A DNA stretch of 64,000 nt, taken from NCBI GenBank assembly GCA_965652295.1, contig CBFGTS010000007.1, forward strand, positions 1-64,000. The letters are read 5' to 3'. This stretch comes from an uncultured Haloferula sp. (GTDB lineage: Bacteria > Verrucomicrobiota > Verrucomicrobiia > Verrucomicrobiales > Akkermansiaceae). Made by a program: the position numbers and the translations under genes. A model generated the notes under the pieces. It searched no databases and had not been told where the DNA came from. It saw nothing but the letters and a program-made list of their open reading frames with translations. This document shows, piece by piece, positions 19,392 to 30,066 of the stretch (the stretch's first letter is position 1; each line of letters begins with the position of its first letter).

Positions 19392-21932
19392 ATGAACGCC
19401 CCGCACCTCGATGCCTTTGGCGAACGAGAACTGCTGGAGTCCGGTCCTTGCGGAGCGGTCTTCCGGGCGGTGCGTGCCGACGGCGAAGTGACGGCCGTGA
19501 AGCTGCTCGACGGCATGGCGATCAACAGGGCGCTGCTCGAAACCGCCTGCGCCCGCCTTGAGCGCGGGGGCTGGCCGGACGGGGTTCTCCGGGTGCTTGA
19601 GGCCGACTTCCGCACCCGTCCGGCAGTGAGGGTGACGCCCTGTCTCGCCGACCGCGAGGCGGACGGTTCATGGCGGCCGCGCAGCCTTCAACATCGGCTC
19701 GCCGATTTTCCAGGCCCTCGTTCCTGGGAAACCATCCAGCAGCTGATTGCCGCGGTGGCCTCGCTTCACGACCGGCAGGTGGCCCACGGGAATCTGAAAC
19801 CGGGCAACGTGTTCTTCGATGAAGACGAGCGGCTGCTGCTGGTCGATTGGGCGCTCGGCAACATGCCGGGGATCGCCAACCACCAGTTCACCGACGCGAT
19901 CCTCTATCAACCGCCCGAGCAGCTCCGTGCTCCCGAGGGATTCGAGGACGAACAGGGCTATCGCTGGGATGTCCATGCCCTCGGGGTGCTGGCCTACCGC
20001 TTGGCGACGGGCTGCTTCCCGCGTTGCCATTCGACCTTTTCTCAAGTGGCACCGGCGCCGGGGACCACGCACCGCGACAGCATCGCGGCCGATCTGCCCA
20101 AGATCGCCCTCACCCTCGAGGCCCACCCGGAAGTCACCTGGCCGCAGCCGCCCGCCAACGAGCTGGAAGCGCGTTACCGGTCGATCATCGACCGCTGCCT
20201 GTCCCTCGATCCGTTCCAGCGGCCGGCGAACGCGCTGGAGCTGAACCGGCTCTTTGTCCAGGCCGAGCGGGAGATCGAGGAGGAGGAAAGTCGCCAGGGT
20301 CTGATGGACCAGCGCCGTCATGCCCAACATTCAGCCTTCCGTTCGATGGTCGCTGCGGGGGGGCTGCTGGCGGCCCTGGCCATCGCCGTCGTGCTTTGGC
20401 AAGTGGCTGTTTCCGGCGCACGCCGTGCCGAGGAACAATCCACGAAAGAGACGAACGCCCTCTCCAGCGAACTTGCCGTGGTACGGGAGGAACGGGATCA
20501 CGCGCTCAAGGCCGCCAGCGACGCCCGGCAGGCGCTGCAAGCCAGCGATACCACCTGGCTCGCCCGTCTGGAGGCCTCGCGCGAAATGGGTGACCGGCTT
20601 TTCAGTTGGGCGGTCGAGGAGGGCAATGACCGCCTGCCGCCCCTCGACAGCCGCACGTTGCGGCTTTCCCGGCTGGAAAACTACTACCTCAATTTCATCG
20701 AACGCACCGCCGAGATCGCCGGGCTCGAAGAGGAACGCGCCCGCGCCCTCCTGCAGCTCGCGGAAATCTCGCTTGCGAAGGGCGAGCCCGATCTCGCCAG
20801 CGAGCGGTTCCAGACGGCGCTCGGCCATGCGGCGGACCTGACGGCCGGGGCGACGCTCGACCTCCGCCTCGCGACCGACCGACTTGCCCTCGCGTTCCTG
20901 CTCCAGGAAAAGGGAGACTCCCGGACGCCGGAGGCCTTTTCCGCCGCGCGGGCCGCACTGAACGAGGTGCCGCAGGCGGAAGTCGATGCCGATCGTGTGG
21001 CCTATCTCCTCGCCACCCTCAATCTGAAGGAATCCGAATGGTTGGCCAACCACGGCGACGAGGCGGCGGCGCTCGCCCATCTGCTCCGTGCCACCGAGGA
21101 GCTCAACCGCCTCGCCGACCAGCGGCCGGAGGCATCGATTCTCGGCTCCGAGCTGGTCGCCTGCTACCTGGCCTCCGCCAACATCCTCGATGGCATGGGC
21201 GAGCTGGGCGACGCCCGCGACCTCCGGGAACTGGCCGCCTCGAAGCTGCTCCGGCTCATCGAGGCGCGGCCGGACGATTTCAACCTGCGGCTCGAACTCG
21301 CCGGGTGCTACGGCGCCGTCGCCGAATCCTCCCTGATCGCCGGCGATCTCAAGCGCGCCGAATCGATGGCGCTCGGCGCGGCGAAGTTGTTGACTGATAT
21401 CCTCCCGCAGCGTCCCGGTAGCGCCATCGCCAAGACCCGGCTGGCCGCCCAGCACGGATTGCTGGCGGGCATCCTTCGCGATCGGGGCAAGGCGGACGAG
21501 GCCCTCACCCGCTACAACGAGGGCCTGCGCCTGATCGAGGGCCTGACGGTGGGGGAGAACGCCGAACCCGGAGCGGTTTTCCGTTATGCGCTCCTCACCT
21601 GGGGAAAGGGCCGCATGCTGGGGTACACCGGCGATCGCGCTAAGGAGATCCAGCACGGCAAAAAGGCGCTGGCCATGCTGGAAAATCTACTGGATACGCC
21701 GTACGGGGTGACCCGTAGCGAGCAGATCCAGCGTTCGCGCGGCTACATGCTGGGCGACCTCGGCCACGCGGCCGAGATGAGTGGTGACAGGACCCTTTCA
21801 GCCGAGGCTTTCACCGAGGCGGTGAAAGTGTGGGAGCAGCTCCACCGCGAGCGGCCCGCGAGCGAGGAATACGAGGAGGCCCTCGCCTGGAACCGGCAGC
21901 GGCTGGCCGAGTTCCGTTCCTCCGGACCATGA
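19392..21932 (+). CDS. Ser/Thr kinase-like (probable pseudokinase)-TM-TPR-like protein
   Basis: SGPCGAVF, AVK, HGNLKPGN, DWA, YQPPEQ, WDVHALG; one TM helix; helical repeat C-terminus. Confidence 0.85.
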   Translation: MNAPHLDAFGERELLESGPCGAVFRAVRADGEVTAVKLLDGMAINRALLETACARLERGGWPDGVLRVLEADFRTRPAVRVTPCLADREADGSWRPRSLQHRLADFPGPRSWETIQQLIAAVASLHDRQVAHGNLKPGNVFFDEDERLLLVDWALGNMPGIANHQFTDAILYQPPEQLRAPEGFEDEQGYRWDVHALGVLAYRLATGCFPRCHSTFSQVAPAPGTTHRDSIAADLPKIALTLEAHPEVTWPQPPANELEARYRSIIDRCLSLDPFQRPANALELNRLFVQAEREIEEEESRQGLMDQRRHAQHSAFRSMVAAGGLLAALAIAVVLWQVAVSGARRAEEQSTKETNALSSELAVVREERDHALKAASDARQALQASDTTWLARLEASREMGDRLFSWAVEEGNDRLPPLDSRTLRLSRLENYYLNFIERTAEIAGLEEERARALLQLAEISLAKGEPDLASERFQTALGHAADLTAGATLDLRLATDRLALAFLLQEKGDSRTPEAFSAARAALNEVPQAEVDADRVAYLLATLNLKESEWLANHGDEAAALAHLLRATEELNRLADQRPEASILGSELVACYLASANILDGMGELGDARDLRELAASKLLRLIEARPDDFNLRLELAGCYGAVAESSLIAGDLKRAESMALGAAKLLTDILPQRPGSAIAKTRLAAQHGLLAGILRDRGKADEALTRYNEGLRLIEGLTVGENAEPGAVFRYALLTWGKGRMLGYTGDRAKEIQHGKKALAMLENLLDTPYGVTRSEQIQRSRGYMLGDLGHAAEMSGDRTLSAEAFTEAVKVWEQLHRERPASEEYEEALAWNRQRLAEFRSSGP

Positions 21933-22825
21933 ATCGAGATCTTTCCCGACTGCGTCGCGAGGTTTCACGGTCCTTCGACCTCTCGATGGCCATGCTGCCG
22001 CGTCCGATGAGGGAGCCGGTCAGCGTGGCCTACTTGCTTGCCCGTGCCAGCGACACGCTGGCGGATGCTCCGGGGTTGCCGGTCGAGCGCCGTCTCGTCG
22101 AATTGGACCGGTTTTCCCACTGCTTGGAATCCGGCGGCGGCATGGGGGACATGCAGGAGGTCATCGGGGCGATCGATCACGCCGGAGAAAAGCGGCTCCT
22201 TGCCCAGCTCGACCCATGTCTTGCTTTATTCCGCGCCATGTCGCCGGGCCCGCGCGAATTGGTGACGGAAACCTTGAGCGTCATCATTTCCGGTCAAAGG
22301 CTCGATCTCGAACGCATGAGCGAGAGCACCATGCAGGCGCTTTCGGCGGAAGAGCTCGATGACTACTGCTGGCGTGTCGCCGGTTGTGTCGGCCGCTTCT
22401 GGACGCGGATCGGGTTCGCCACGCTCGGTCCGGGTTTCGCGAACGCCCCGGCGGGTGAGCTGGAAGCTCTCGGCATCCGCTACGGCAAGGGCCTCCAACT
22501 CGTGAACATTCTCCGCGACACGCCTCGTGATGTGGCAAACGGACGTTGCTACCTCCCCGTGGACGACCCGCACGATCCGGATGCCCTGCGCGCGGCGGCG
22601 GTGCATTGGGGAGGCGTGGCCGCCGGGTGGCTGGGCGATGGCGAGCGCTACGCCACCGCCCTGCGCTCCCGCCGGCTCAGGACGGCTTCCGTGTTGCCGG
22701 CGCTCATCGGTCGGGAAACCCTGGCGCTGCTGAGTCGCAGTGACACGGTTGCCTGGACGCGCGGCGTCAAGGTCGGGCGACGAGTAGTCCGAAGATGCCT
22801 GTGGCGAGCCGCTCTGGGACGGTAG
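21929..22825 (+). CDS. Squalene/phytoene synthase family protein
   Basis: VSRSF, YLLARASDTLAD, DDYCWRVAGCVG, LQLVNILRD...GRCYLP; ATGA overlap with the upstream gene. Confidence 0.88.
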   Translation: MNRDLSRLRREVSRSFDLSMAMLPRPMREPVSVAYLLARASDTLADAPGLPVERRLVELDRFSHCLESGGGMGDMQEVIGAIDHAGEKRLLAQLDPCLALFRAMSPGPRELVTETLSVIISGQRLDLERMSESTMQALSAEELDDYCWRVAGCVGRFWTRIGFATLGPGFANAPAGELEALGIRYGKGLQLVNILRDTPRDVANGRCYLPVDDPHDPDALRAAAVHWGGVAAGWLGDGERYATALRSRRLRTASVLPALIGRETLALLSRSDTVAWTRGVKVGRRVVRRCLWRAALGR

Positions 22826-22872
22826 GGCCGGATTCTCTCGACTTCGATTTCCCTCCATCCACCCTGTTCAGG

Positions 22873-23538
22873 ATGCTCAGCAGCACGGTCGAAAACTATC
22901 TGAAGGCGATCTACCGTCTCTCCGAGGAAGGCCCGCCGAACGCTCCGGTGGCTGCGGGAAAGATCGCCGAAGCCTTGGGGGTGACGCCCGGGACCATCAC
23001 GACCATGATGAAGCAGTTGGAGCGCGACGGTTTGATCGACTACCTGCCGCGCAAGGGGGCCCGCCTCACCGATCTCGGGCGCCGCTCGGCGCTTCAGGTC
23101 CTGCGCCGCCACCGGCTGACCGAACTTTTTCTGGTGGAAGTGCTGCATCTCGATTGGGCCCATGTCCACGAGGAGGCCGAAGTGCTGGAGCACGTTCTTT
23201 CCGATCGCCTTGTCGAGCGCTTCGACGAGATGCTCGGCAGGCCGGCGGTGGATCCGCACGGCGATCCGATCCCGGATGCCGAGGGCCGGATTCGCCAGGA
23301 CACCGCGCGTCGCCTTGATGAGTGCCAGCCCGGGGACTATGAGTTGAGACGCGTCGGTCGGGACGACGCGGAGTTTCTTCACTGGCTGCACCGCGCCGGG
23401 CTGAAGCCGGGTGCGCGGCTCCGCCTCATTGCCCGCGAACCAGTGGCGGGGGTGGTCGAATTGGAGGTCGCCGGGGAACCCCTGAGAGTCGGCGAAATGG
23501 CCAGCGCCGTTCTTTGGGTGGAGCCCGTGAGCCTTTAG
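22873..23538 (+). CDS. DtxR/MntR family metal-dependent regulator
   Basis: ENYLKAIY, RRHRLTELFL, HEEAEVLEH, DPHGDPIP, FeoA-like C-terminus. Confidence 0.92.
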   Translation: MLSSTVENYLKAIYRLSEEGPPNAPVAAGKIAEALGVTPGTITTMMKQLERDGLIDYLPRKGARLTDLGRRSALQVLRRHRLTELFLVEVLHLDWAHVHEEAEVLEHVLSDRLVERFDEMLGRPAVDPHGDPIPDAEGRIRQDTARRLDECQPGDYELRRVGRDDAEFLHWLHRAGLKPGARLRLIAREPVAGVVELEVAGEPLRVGEMASAVLWVEPVSL

Positions 23539-23607
23539 ACCCGCTCCGGCCCGAAACCCGAGGGGTTCGGGATTGGCAAGGCCGGGGCAGGGGTTAGTTT
23601 CCCCGCC

Positions 23608-24465
23608 GTGAACGAAGATGCCCTGCGGTTGATTGAGGCGGCCCTTGCTGAAGACATCGGCGGAGGTGACGTGACCTCCGAATACTTCGTGCCGGCCGGG
23701 CGGCAGGTGCGGGGGTTTGTGATCGCCCGCGAGGAGGGGGTGCTGGCCGGAGTGGAAATGGCGCTGGAGGTGTTCCGTCGGGTGGACGAGGCGATCGATG
23801 CCCGGGCGATGCTCGGCGATGGCGCGCGGGTCACCCAGGGAGCGCACGTATTGGAGGTGCGGGGGCCGGCCCGGTCGGTGCTCACGGCCGAGCGCACCGC
23901 GCTGAATTTCCTGCAGCGACTTTCCGGCGTGGCCACGGCCACGGCCCGCTACGTGAGGGCGGCGGATGGCACCCGGGCCCGGATTCTCGACACGCGCAAA
24001 ACCACTCCCGGCTGGCGAAAACTGGAAAAGGCCGCGGTCGTGGCCGGCGGTGGCACGAACCATCGGATGGGTCTCTACGACCGCGTGATGGTGAAGGACA
24101 ACCACCTGGTGGCGGAGCATGATCTCGATTCGCTGCAGGCGGCGATCCGGAAGGTTAAATCGGAGAAGCCGGGAGTTGAGGTCGAGCTGGAAGCCGACAG
24201 CCTGGAGCAGGTCGAAGGGTTTCTTTCGCTGGAAGGAGTCGATTACATTCTGCTCGACAACATGAGCAGCGCCGAGCTGCTGAAGGCGGTCGAGCTGCGT
24301 GGCGAGCGTCCGTTTCCGAAGCTTGAGGCGAGTGGCGGCGTGAACCTCGAAACGGTGGCCGCGATCGCCGAAACCGGTGTGGATTTCATCTCGGTGGGTG
24401 CCATCACGCATTCCGTCAAAGCTCTGGACCTGGGTCTCGATTTCGTTCCGCTTGAGGAAGGATGA
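23608..24465 (+). CDS. nadC: Quinolinate phosphoribosyltransferase
   Basis: ERTALNFLQ, DTRKTTPG, NHRMGL, KDNH, LLDN, EASGG. Confidence 0.95.
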   Translation: MNEDALRLIEAALAEDIGGGDVTSEYFVPAGRQVRGFVIAREEGVLAGVEMALEVFRRVDEAIDARAMLGDGARVTQGAHVLEVRGPARSVLTAERTALNFLQRLSGVATATARYVRAADGTRARILDTRKTTPGWRKLEKAAVVAGGGTNHRMGLYDRVMVKDNHLVAEHDLDSLQAAIRKVKSEKPGVEVELEADSLEQVEGFLSLEGVDYILLDNMSSAELLKAVELRGERPFPKLEASGGVNLETVAAIAETGVDFISVGAITHSVKALDLGLDFVPLEEG

Positions 24466-25190
24466 ACCCGGATGGCGAGTGGCGCGCGCCTGCGGGTTGG
24501 CGGGTCGAGGTGGTCGATGAGATCGATTCGACCAGCGAGGAGCTGAAGCGGCGCCAGCCGGAAGACGGGCGGGTGCTGGTGGCCCGGTGTCAATCGGCTG
24601 GGCGGGGCCGCCGTGGTGCTCCCTGGCTGAGCGAGCCGGGGACGGGGCTGACGTTTTCCGTGGCGCTGCGGCCGGGGGTGCCGAAGGGACTTTGGCCGAG
24701 ATTGGCGCTGGCGACCGGGTTGGCGGTTGCCGAGGCGGTGGGCCGGCTGGGGGTCGAAGCGGAGGTGAAATGGCCGAACGACCTGCTGATCGAGGGGAAA
24801 AAGGTCTGCGGAATCCTCGTGGAAGCGGTTGGGGACGTGGCGGTGATCGGGGTGGGCCTGAACGTCAATGCGACGGATTTTCCTCCCGAGTTGGAGGCGA
24901 CCTCGCTGCGGGTGGCGTCCGGGCGTGGGTTTGATCTGCCGGCGGTGTTGGGTCTGGTTCTGGAGTCGCTGAAGCACCGCGCGGCGGGCATCGGTACGGG
25001 CTTCCCGGAAATCGTGGCGCTGTTGCGGCAGCGGTGTTTTCTCAGTGGAAAACGGGTCACGTTGAAAAGTGCCGCCGGCCCGCTGGAAGGCGTGGTGCGG
25101 CAGATCGGTGACGGCGGCGAGCTGGTGCTGGAAACTCCGGATGGAGTCCAAAAGCTGCTTCAAGCCGACGAGGTGCGGGTGGCGGAATGA
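24462..25190 (+). CDS. birA: Biotin-protein ligase (no HTH domain)
   Basis: DSTS, QSAGRGRRG..W, KWPND, KVCGILVE, GVGLN. Confidence 0.93.
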   Translation: MNPDGEWRAPAGWRVEVVDEIDSTSEELKRRQPEDGRVLVARCQSAGRGRRGAPWLSEPGTGLTFSVALRPGVPKGLWPRLALATGLAVAEAVGRLGVEAEVKWPNDLLIEGKKVCGILVEAVGDVAVIGVGLNVNATDFPPELEATSLRVASGRGFDLPAVLGLVLESLKHRAAGIGTGFPEIVALLRQRCFLSGKRVTLKSAAGPLEGVVRQIGDGGELVLETPDGVQKLLQADEVRVAE

Positions 25191-25215
25191 TCCTTCCCAC
25201 CGCTCTCCTGATCCG

Positions 25216-26097
25216 TCAGCGCATGCCGGCGAAGCGTTTGCGGAGGAGATCCTTGTCGGAAAGGTCGGGGCTGTTGGCCTTGGAGTCCTCGATCCACTGC
25301 CACTCCCGTTCGTTCTTGGTGGGTCTACGGGTTTCATAGTAGACGCCGAACTTGCCGGGGAAATCCTCCTCGGCGAGGGCCATGGCGGTGGCGGTCGATT
25401 CCATGTCGCGCGCGCCTTCATCGACGAGGTCGAAGACACCGCCGCGGCGGGGGTTCCCGGCATCGAAGGAGCCGGGGTAGAACATCGTGCACTCGGAGAG
25501 GGTTTCGACCACGGCGAAGCCGGGGTGGAGGATGGCGCGCTCGAACATCTCGTTCATGTGCTTCACCTGCGTGGCGTGGGTGCGGGCGATGAAGGTGGCA
25601 CCGCTGGAGATGAGCTGCGCCATGGGATTGATCGGCCGGTCGACCGATCCGCGGGGGTCGGTCTTCGACTTGCGGCCGAGCGGTGAGGTCGGCGAGGTTT
25701 GGTTTTTCGTCAGGCCGTAGACGAAGTTGTCCATGATGACATAGGACAGGTTCACGTTCTTGCGGGCGGCGTGGGTGAGGTGGTTTCCGCCGATCGAGTA
25801 GCCATCGCCATCGCCGCCGAAGACGAACACGTGAAGGTCCGGGCGGGAGAGGGAAATGCCGGTGGCCAGCGGCAGGGCGCGGCCGTGGATGAAGTGGATG
25901 CCGTGGGCGTTGACGAAGTAGGGGAAGCGCGACGAGCAGCCGATGCCGGCGACGCAGACGATCTTCTCGTGCGGGATCTGGAGTTTCTCGACGACGTTGA
26001 AAAACGACGCGAGGACGGCGAAGTCGCCACAGCCGGGGCACCACGTCGGGTGGTCGGCCTTGAGCTGCTTCTTGGTGAGTTTTTCGGTGGTGGACAT
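25216..26097 (-). CDS. 2-oxoacid:ferredoxin oxidoreductase beta subunit
   Basis: WCPGCGD, GIGCSS, HGRA, GGDGD, DNFVYGLTKNQTSPT. Confidence 0.92.
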   Translation of the reverse strand: MSTTEKLTKKQLKADHPTWCPGCGDFAVLASFFNVVEKLQIPHEKIVCVAGIGCSSRFPYFVNAHGIHFIHGRALPLATGISLSRPDLHVFVFGGDGDGYSIGGNHLTHAARKNVNLSYVIMDNFVYGLTKNQTSPTSPLGRKSKTDPRGSVDRPINPMAQLISSGATFIARTHATQVKHMNEMFERAILHPGFAVVETLSECTMFYPGSFDAGNPRRGGVFDLVDEGARDMESTATAMALAEEDFPGKFGVYYETRRPTKNEREWQWIEDSKANSPDLSDKDLLRKRFAGMR

Positions 26098-26129
26098 GGT
26101 CGCGAAGGGGAAAGGGGCGAGTGAAAGGA

Positions 26130-27890
26130 TCAGGCGAGGAGATCGAGGGCGGCTTGGTGGATTTCTTTCACGCGGAAGGTGAGGCCCTGGACTTTGTTGA
26201 GGGACCGGATGTTGGGGTTGCAGGTGACGGCACGGAGCAGGGTGGCGAGCTGGCCGAAGCCGTAGATGCCCTGGTCGTTCATCTCGGGAACGAGGACGTG
26301 GGTGTAACGGCGGAAGATATCGCCGAGGCCGTTGCGCAGCGGATGGATGTGGCGGAGGTGGAGCGAGCCGACCCGGTGGCCGTCGGCGCGGAGCTTTTCG
26401 GCGGCTTCCTTGATCGGGCCATAGGTGGAGCCCCAACCGACGAAGAGAAGGTCGCCTTGTTCATCGCCGAAGAAGTCCGGGGCGGGCAGCGAGTTGGCGA
26501 GCTGGATGAGTTTCTCGCGGCGCTTGGCGGTCATCTTTTCGTGCATCACCGGGTTGGCGGACGGGTGGCCCCACTCGTCGTGCTCGAGGCCGGTGACGAC
26601 CGGGTATTTCCCCTCCGGCGATGGACAGCCGGGCGGCGCGTGGCGGGTGATGCGGTCGAGCGGGTAGGGTTTGCAATCGGCCGGGCAGGCGGAGAGATCG
26701 AGCAGTGGTTCGATCCAGTGCTGGTCGAGATCCGGCTCGGGAAAGGCCTCGATGCGGGTGGCGATGGCTTGGTCGGAAAGGATGACGACGGGCGTCGAGT
26801 AGTCGCGGGCGATGCGGCAGGCCTCGATGGCGGTGTAGAAGCAGTCTTCGACGTCGCGCGGCGCGAGCACGACGCGCGGCGAGTCGCCGTGCGAACCGTA
26901 GATGGCCTGCATCAGATCGGACTGTTCGACGGAGGTCGGCATGCCGGTGGAGGGCCCGCCGCGCTGGATGTTGACGACGATCAACGGCAGCTCGGCCATG
27001 GTCGCGTAGCCGATGGCCTCCGACTTGAGCGAGAGGCCGGGACCGGACGAGCCGGTGATGGCGAGGTGGCCGGAATAGGAGGCACCGATGGCCATGGCGA
27101 TGGCGGCGAGTTCGTCCTCGCACTGGATGAACATGCCGCCGTATTTCGGCAGTTCCGAGCGGAGCATTTCCATGATACTGGACCACGGGGTGATGGGATA
27201 GCCGGCCCCGAAGCGGCAGCCGCCGGCGATCAGGCCGAGCGCGAGCATCGTATTGCCGTCTGTGGAAATCCGGTTGGCTTCCTCGTTTTCCCCCGGCGCG
27301 AAGGGCATGTGGGAAATGTCGTGGACGGGATAGGCGTAGCCGGCGTCGAAGGCGAGCATGGCATTGCGCAGGACGTCCTCGGATTTGCGACCGAACTTGC
27401 GGCTGATGAGGTCGGAAAGGCGTTCGCGGTCGAGCTTGTACACGGCGCACAACACGCCGAGCACGAAGAGGTTCTTGCCGCGGTCCTTGGCCGAACCGCC
27501 GATGGCTTCGATGGCGGCGGAGGTGAAGGGGATGCCGATGTGGATGATGTCGCGCTCTTCCCGCAGTTCGGTGACCTGGTCGCTGTCGTAGAAGCAGATC
27601 CCGCCATCGCGCAGCGCCGAGAGGTGGTTGATGTAGGAGTCCTGATAAAAGGCGACCAGCGTGTCCGCCTCGTCGCCGGGATGGAGGACCTCGCCGGAGC
27701 CGAGGTGGACCTGGAAAATACTAGGCCCACCGGAGATGGTGCTGGGGATCGTCATGTAGGTCATGACGTCCTGGGCGGTGGAGCCGGCGAGCTGGGCGAG
27801 GAAACCGCCGATCGACTGGATTCCGTCCTGGGAATAGCCGGCGAGACGGATCACGGCGTTGCGAAGCGCGGGAGCGGATGCTGGAGACAT
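26130..27890 (-). CDS. 2-oxoacid:acceptor oxidoreductase alpha subunit (gamma-alpha fusion)
   Basis: YPITP, QCEDE, SSGPGLSL, QRGGPSTGMPT, GWGSTYG. Confidence 0.92.
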   Translation of the reverse strand: MSPASAPALRNAVIRLAGYSQDGIQSIGGFLAQLAGSTAQDVMTYMTIPSTISGGPSIFQVHLGSGEVLHPGDEADTLVAFYQDSYINHLSALRDGGICFYDSDQVTELREERDIIHIGIPFTSAAIEAIGGSAKDRGKNLFVLGVLCAVYKLDRERLSDLISRKFGRKSEDVLRNAMLAFDAGYAYPVHDISHMPFAPGENEEANRISTDGNTMLALGLIAGGCRFGAGYPITPWSSIMEMLRSELPKYGGMFIQCEDELAAIAMAIGASYSGHLAITGSSGPGLSLKSEAIGYATMAELPLIVVNIQRGGPSTGMPTSVEQSDLMQAIYGSHGDSPRVVLAPRDVEDCFYTAIEACRIARDYSTPVVILSDQAIATRIEAFPEPDLDQHWIEPLLDLSACPADCKPYPLDRITRHAPPGCPSPEGKYPVVTGLEHDEWGHPSANPVMHEKMTAKRREKLIQLANSLPAPDFFGDEQGDLLFVGWGSTYGPIKEAAEKLRADGHRVGSLHLRHIHPLRNGLGDIFRRYTHVLVPEMNDQGIYGFGQLATLLRAVTCNPNIRSLNKVQGLTFRVKEIHQAALDLLA

Positions 27891-28260
27891 CGGGTTTTAT
27901 CGGATAATTAGCTAGGCTTCCTAAAGGGATTTGGCGGAGGCCGGAAGGAAAAAGGTGGCCGCGTGGCGAGGCATGACAGAAGTCGTGCGCAGGGATCAGG
28001 CGAACCGACATTTCTTCGGAAGGTCAGCCGCAAGTTGCGGCGACGGATCCCGTCTATCCCTGGCCGAGGATACTCGGGTGGACGTAGTACTTCCGGCAGG
28101 TGGATGCGGGCCTGCGCGGCGTGCTGCTGCTTTCCGCCCGATCAGGCAACGGGCGGGGTGCGAAATGCGCGATGAGGAGGGCGATGAAGGCGTGCGCGGT
28201 TTGATGAATGGGCATTTCGCGGCTTGGCACTCCGCGGGCTGGGAGGCTGGAAGCTGATTT

Positions 28261-30066
28261 ATGAAATCCACCCCGTCTGTCGAAGCGCCCACGGAGAAGC
28301 GGGACGTCCTGCCGCGGGCGGAGGGAAGGGGGTTCGGAGCGACTGCACGGGAGGCTGGCGTCGATTTCCGGGTGTGGGCACCGAATGCCGAGCGGGTGTG
28401 GGTCACGGGCGACTTCTGCGGGTGGGCTGATCCCGGCCTGGAGCTGGCCGATGAGGAGGGCGGGAATTGGTCCGGCTGGGTGGAGGATGCCGGGCCGGGC
28501 AGCGCCTATAAATTCCGGATCAAGAATGGTGACCGGTTTCTCCTGAAGAACGACCCGCGGGCGAGGGTGATGGACCCGGCGACTGGAAACGGGATCGTTT
28601 ATCGCGATGAGTTCGATTGGGAAGGCGTCGGGTTCGAGGCTCCGCCGCTCAACGAGCTGGTGCTTTATGAACTCCATCCGGGAACCTTCGGCGAGACCTT
28701 TGAAGGCATTATCGGCAAGCTCGACTACCTCATTGATCTGGGCGTGAATGCGATCGAACTGATGCCACCGACCGAGTTTTCGGGCGTTTCGTCGTGGGGC
28801 TACAACGTGAATCATCCGTTCGCGGTCGAGGCGGCCTACGGCGGGCCGGACGCGCTGAAGTGGTTGATCCGGGAGGCACATCGGAAGGGTGTGGCCGTGG
28901 TTCTGGACGTCGTTTACAACCATTTCGGACCCGGCGAGCTGGACCTGTGGCAGTTCGATGGCTGGAGCGAGAACGGTTTGGGCGGAATCTATTTTTACAA
29001 CAACTGGAAAGCGAAGACGCCGTGGGGGGAAACGCGGCCGGACTATGGCAGGGAAGAGGTGCGTCAGTATCTTCGCGACAATGCGATGATGTGGGTCGAG
29101 GAGTTCCAGTGCGACGGGTTGCGGCTCGATGCGGTGGCGTATATCCGGACGGTGGATGCGGACGTGCCGGAGCCGGAGGAGATCCCGGAAGGCTGGAGGT
29201 TGATGCAGTGGATCAACAAGGACATGAAGCGCCATTCAGCGAAGGTGTATTCGTTCGCCGAAGACATCGGCGACAACCGGGCGTTGACGACGTGGATCGA
29301 TGAAGGGGGCGGTGGTTTCGATTCACAATGGGACTGGGCTTTCGTGTTCCCGATGAAGGCGATGATCGAGTGTCCGGATGACGCGGGGCGGAAGCCGGAC
29401 GAAGTCGCGGAAGTGATCGGAAACGTGCCGGAGGGCGATGTCTTCCGCAGGGTGATCTACCTGGAGAGTCACGATATGGTGGCGTCCGGACGGACCCGGA
29501 CGACCACGGGTATCGATGGCGATAATCCCGCCGGCGAGTGGGCGCAGCGTCGGGTGCTGCTGGGGGCGGCGATCGTGATGACCACGCCCGGCGTGCCGAT
29601 GATCTTCCAAGGGCAGGAGTTTCTGGAGGATGGCATTTTTGATGATGCGGAGGCGTTGGATTGGGAAAAGGCGGAACGCTTCCGTGGGATCCGAACAGCC
29701 TTCCGGGATCTGGTGAGGCTGCGCCGGAATTGGGACAACCGGACTCGCGGCCTATGCGGTCAGCACACGGCGTTCGCGACGGTGGATGAGCAGGCGAAAG
29801 TGCTGGCATGGCATCGGTGGGACGCCGGCGGGCCGGGGGACAGCACGGTGGTGGTGGCGAATCTCAGTGCGACGTCGCACTCTTTCTATGGGGTTCCGTT
29901 TCCCGCACCCGGCGTCTGGAAGGTAAGGTTCAACGCCGACTGGAAGGGCTACAGTTCGGAATTCAGCGACGTCGGCGAGGCGGCGATCGAAGTAGGTGAT
30001 GATGGGCTGGGCGGGTTGCCGCTTCCCGCCTACGGAGTCGTGATCCTCAGCCAGGAACGGGAGTGA
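28261..30066 (+). CDS. GH13 alpha-amylase family enzyme with CBM48 (TreZ/branching-enzyme-like)
   Basis: FRVWAPNA, LYELH, SWGYN, DVVYNH, LRLDAV, AED, ESHD, PMIFQGQE. Confidence 0.88.
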   Translation: MKSTPSVEAPTEKRDVLPRAEGRGFGATAREAGVDFRVWAPNAERVWVTGDFCGWADPGLELADEEGGNWSGWVEDAGPGSAYKFRIKNGDRFLLKNDPRARVMDPATGNGIVYRDEFDWEGVGFEAPPLNELVLYELHPGTFGETFEGIIGKLDYLIDLGVNAIELMPPTEFSGVSSWGYNVNHPFAVEAAYGGPDALKWLIREAHRKGVAVVLDVVYNHFGPGELDLWQFDGWSENGLGGIYFYNNWKAKTPWGETRPDYGREEVRQYLRDNAMMWVEEFQCDGLRLDAVAYIRTVDADVPEPEEIPEGWRLMQWINKDMKRHSAKVYSFAEDIGDNRALTTWIDEGGGGFDSQWDWAFVFPMKAMIECPDDAGRKPDEVAEVIGNVPEGDVFRRVIYLESHDMVASGRTRTTTGIDGDNPAGEWAQRRVLLGAAIVMTTPGVPMIFQGQEFLEDGIFDDAEALDWEKAERFRGIRTAFRDLVRLRRNWDNRTRGLCGQHTAFATVDEQAKVLAWHRWDAGGPGDSTVVVANLSATSHSFYGVPFPAPGVWKVRFNADWKGYSSEFSDVGEAAIEVGDDGLGGLPLPAYGVVILSQERE

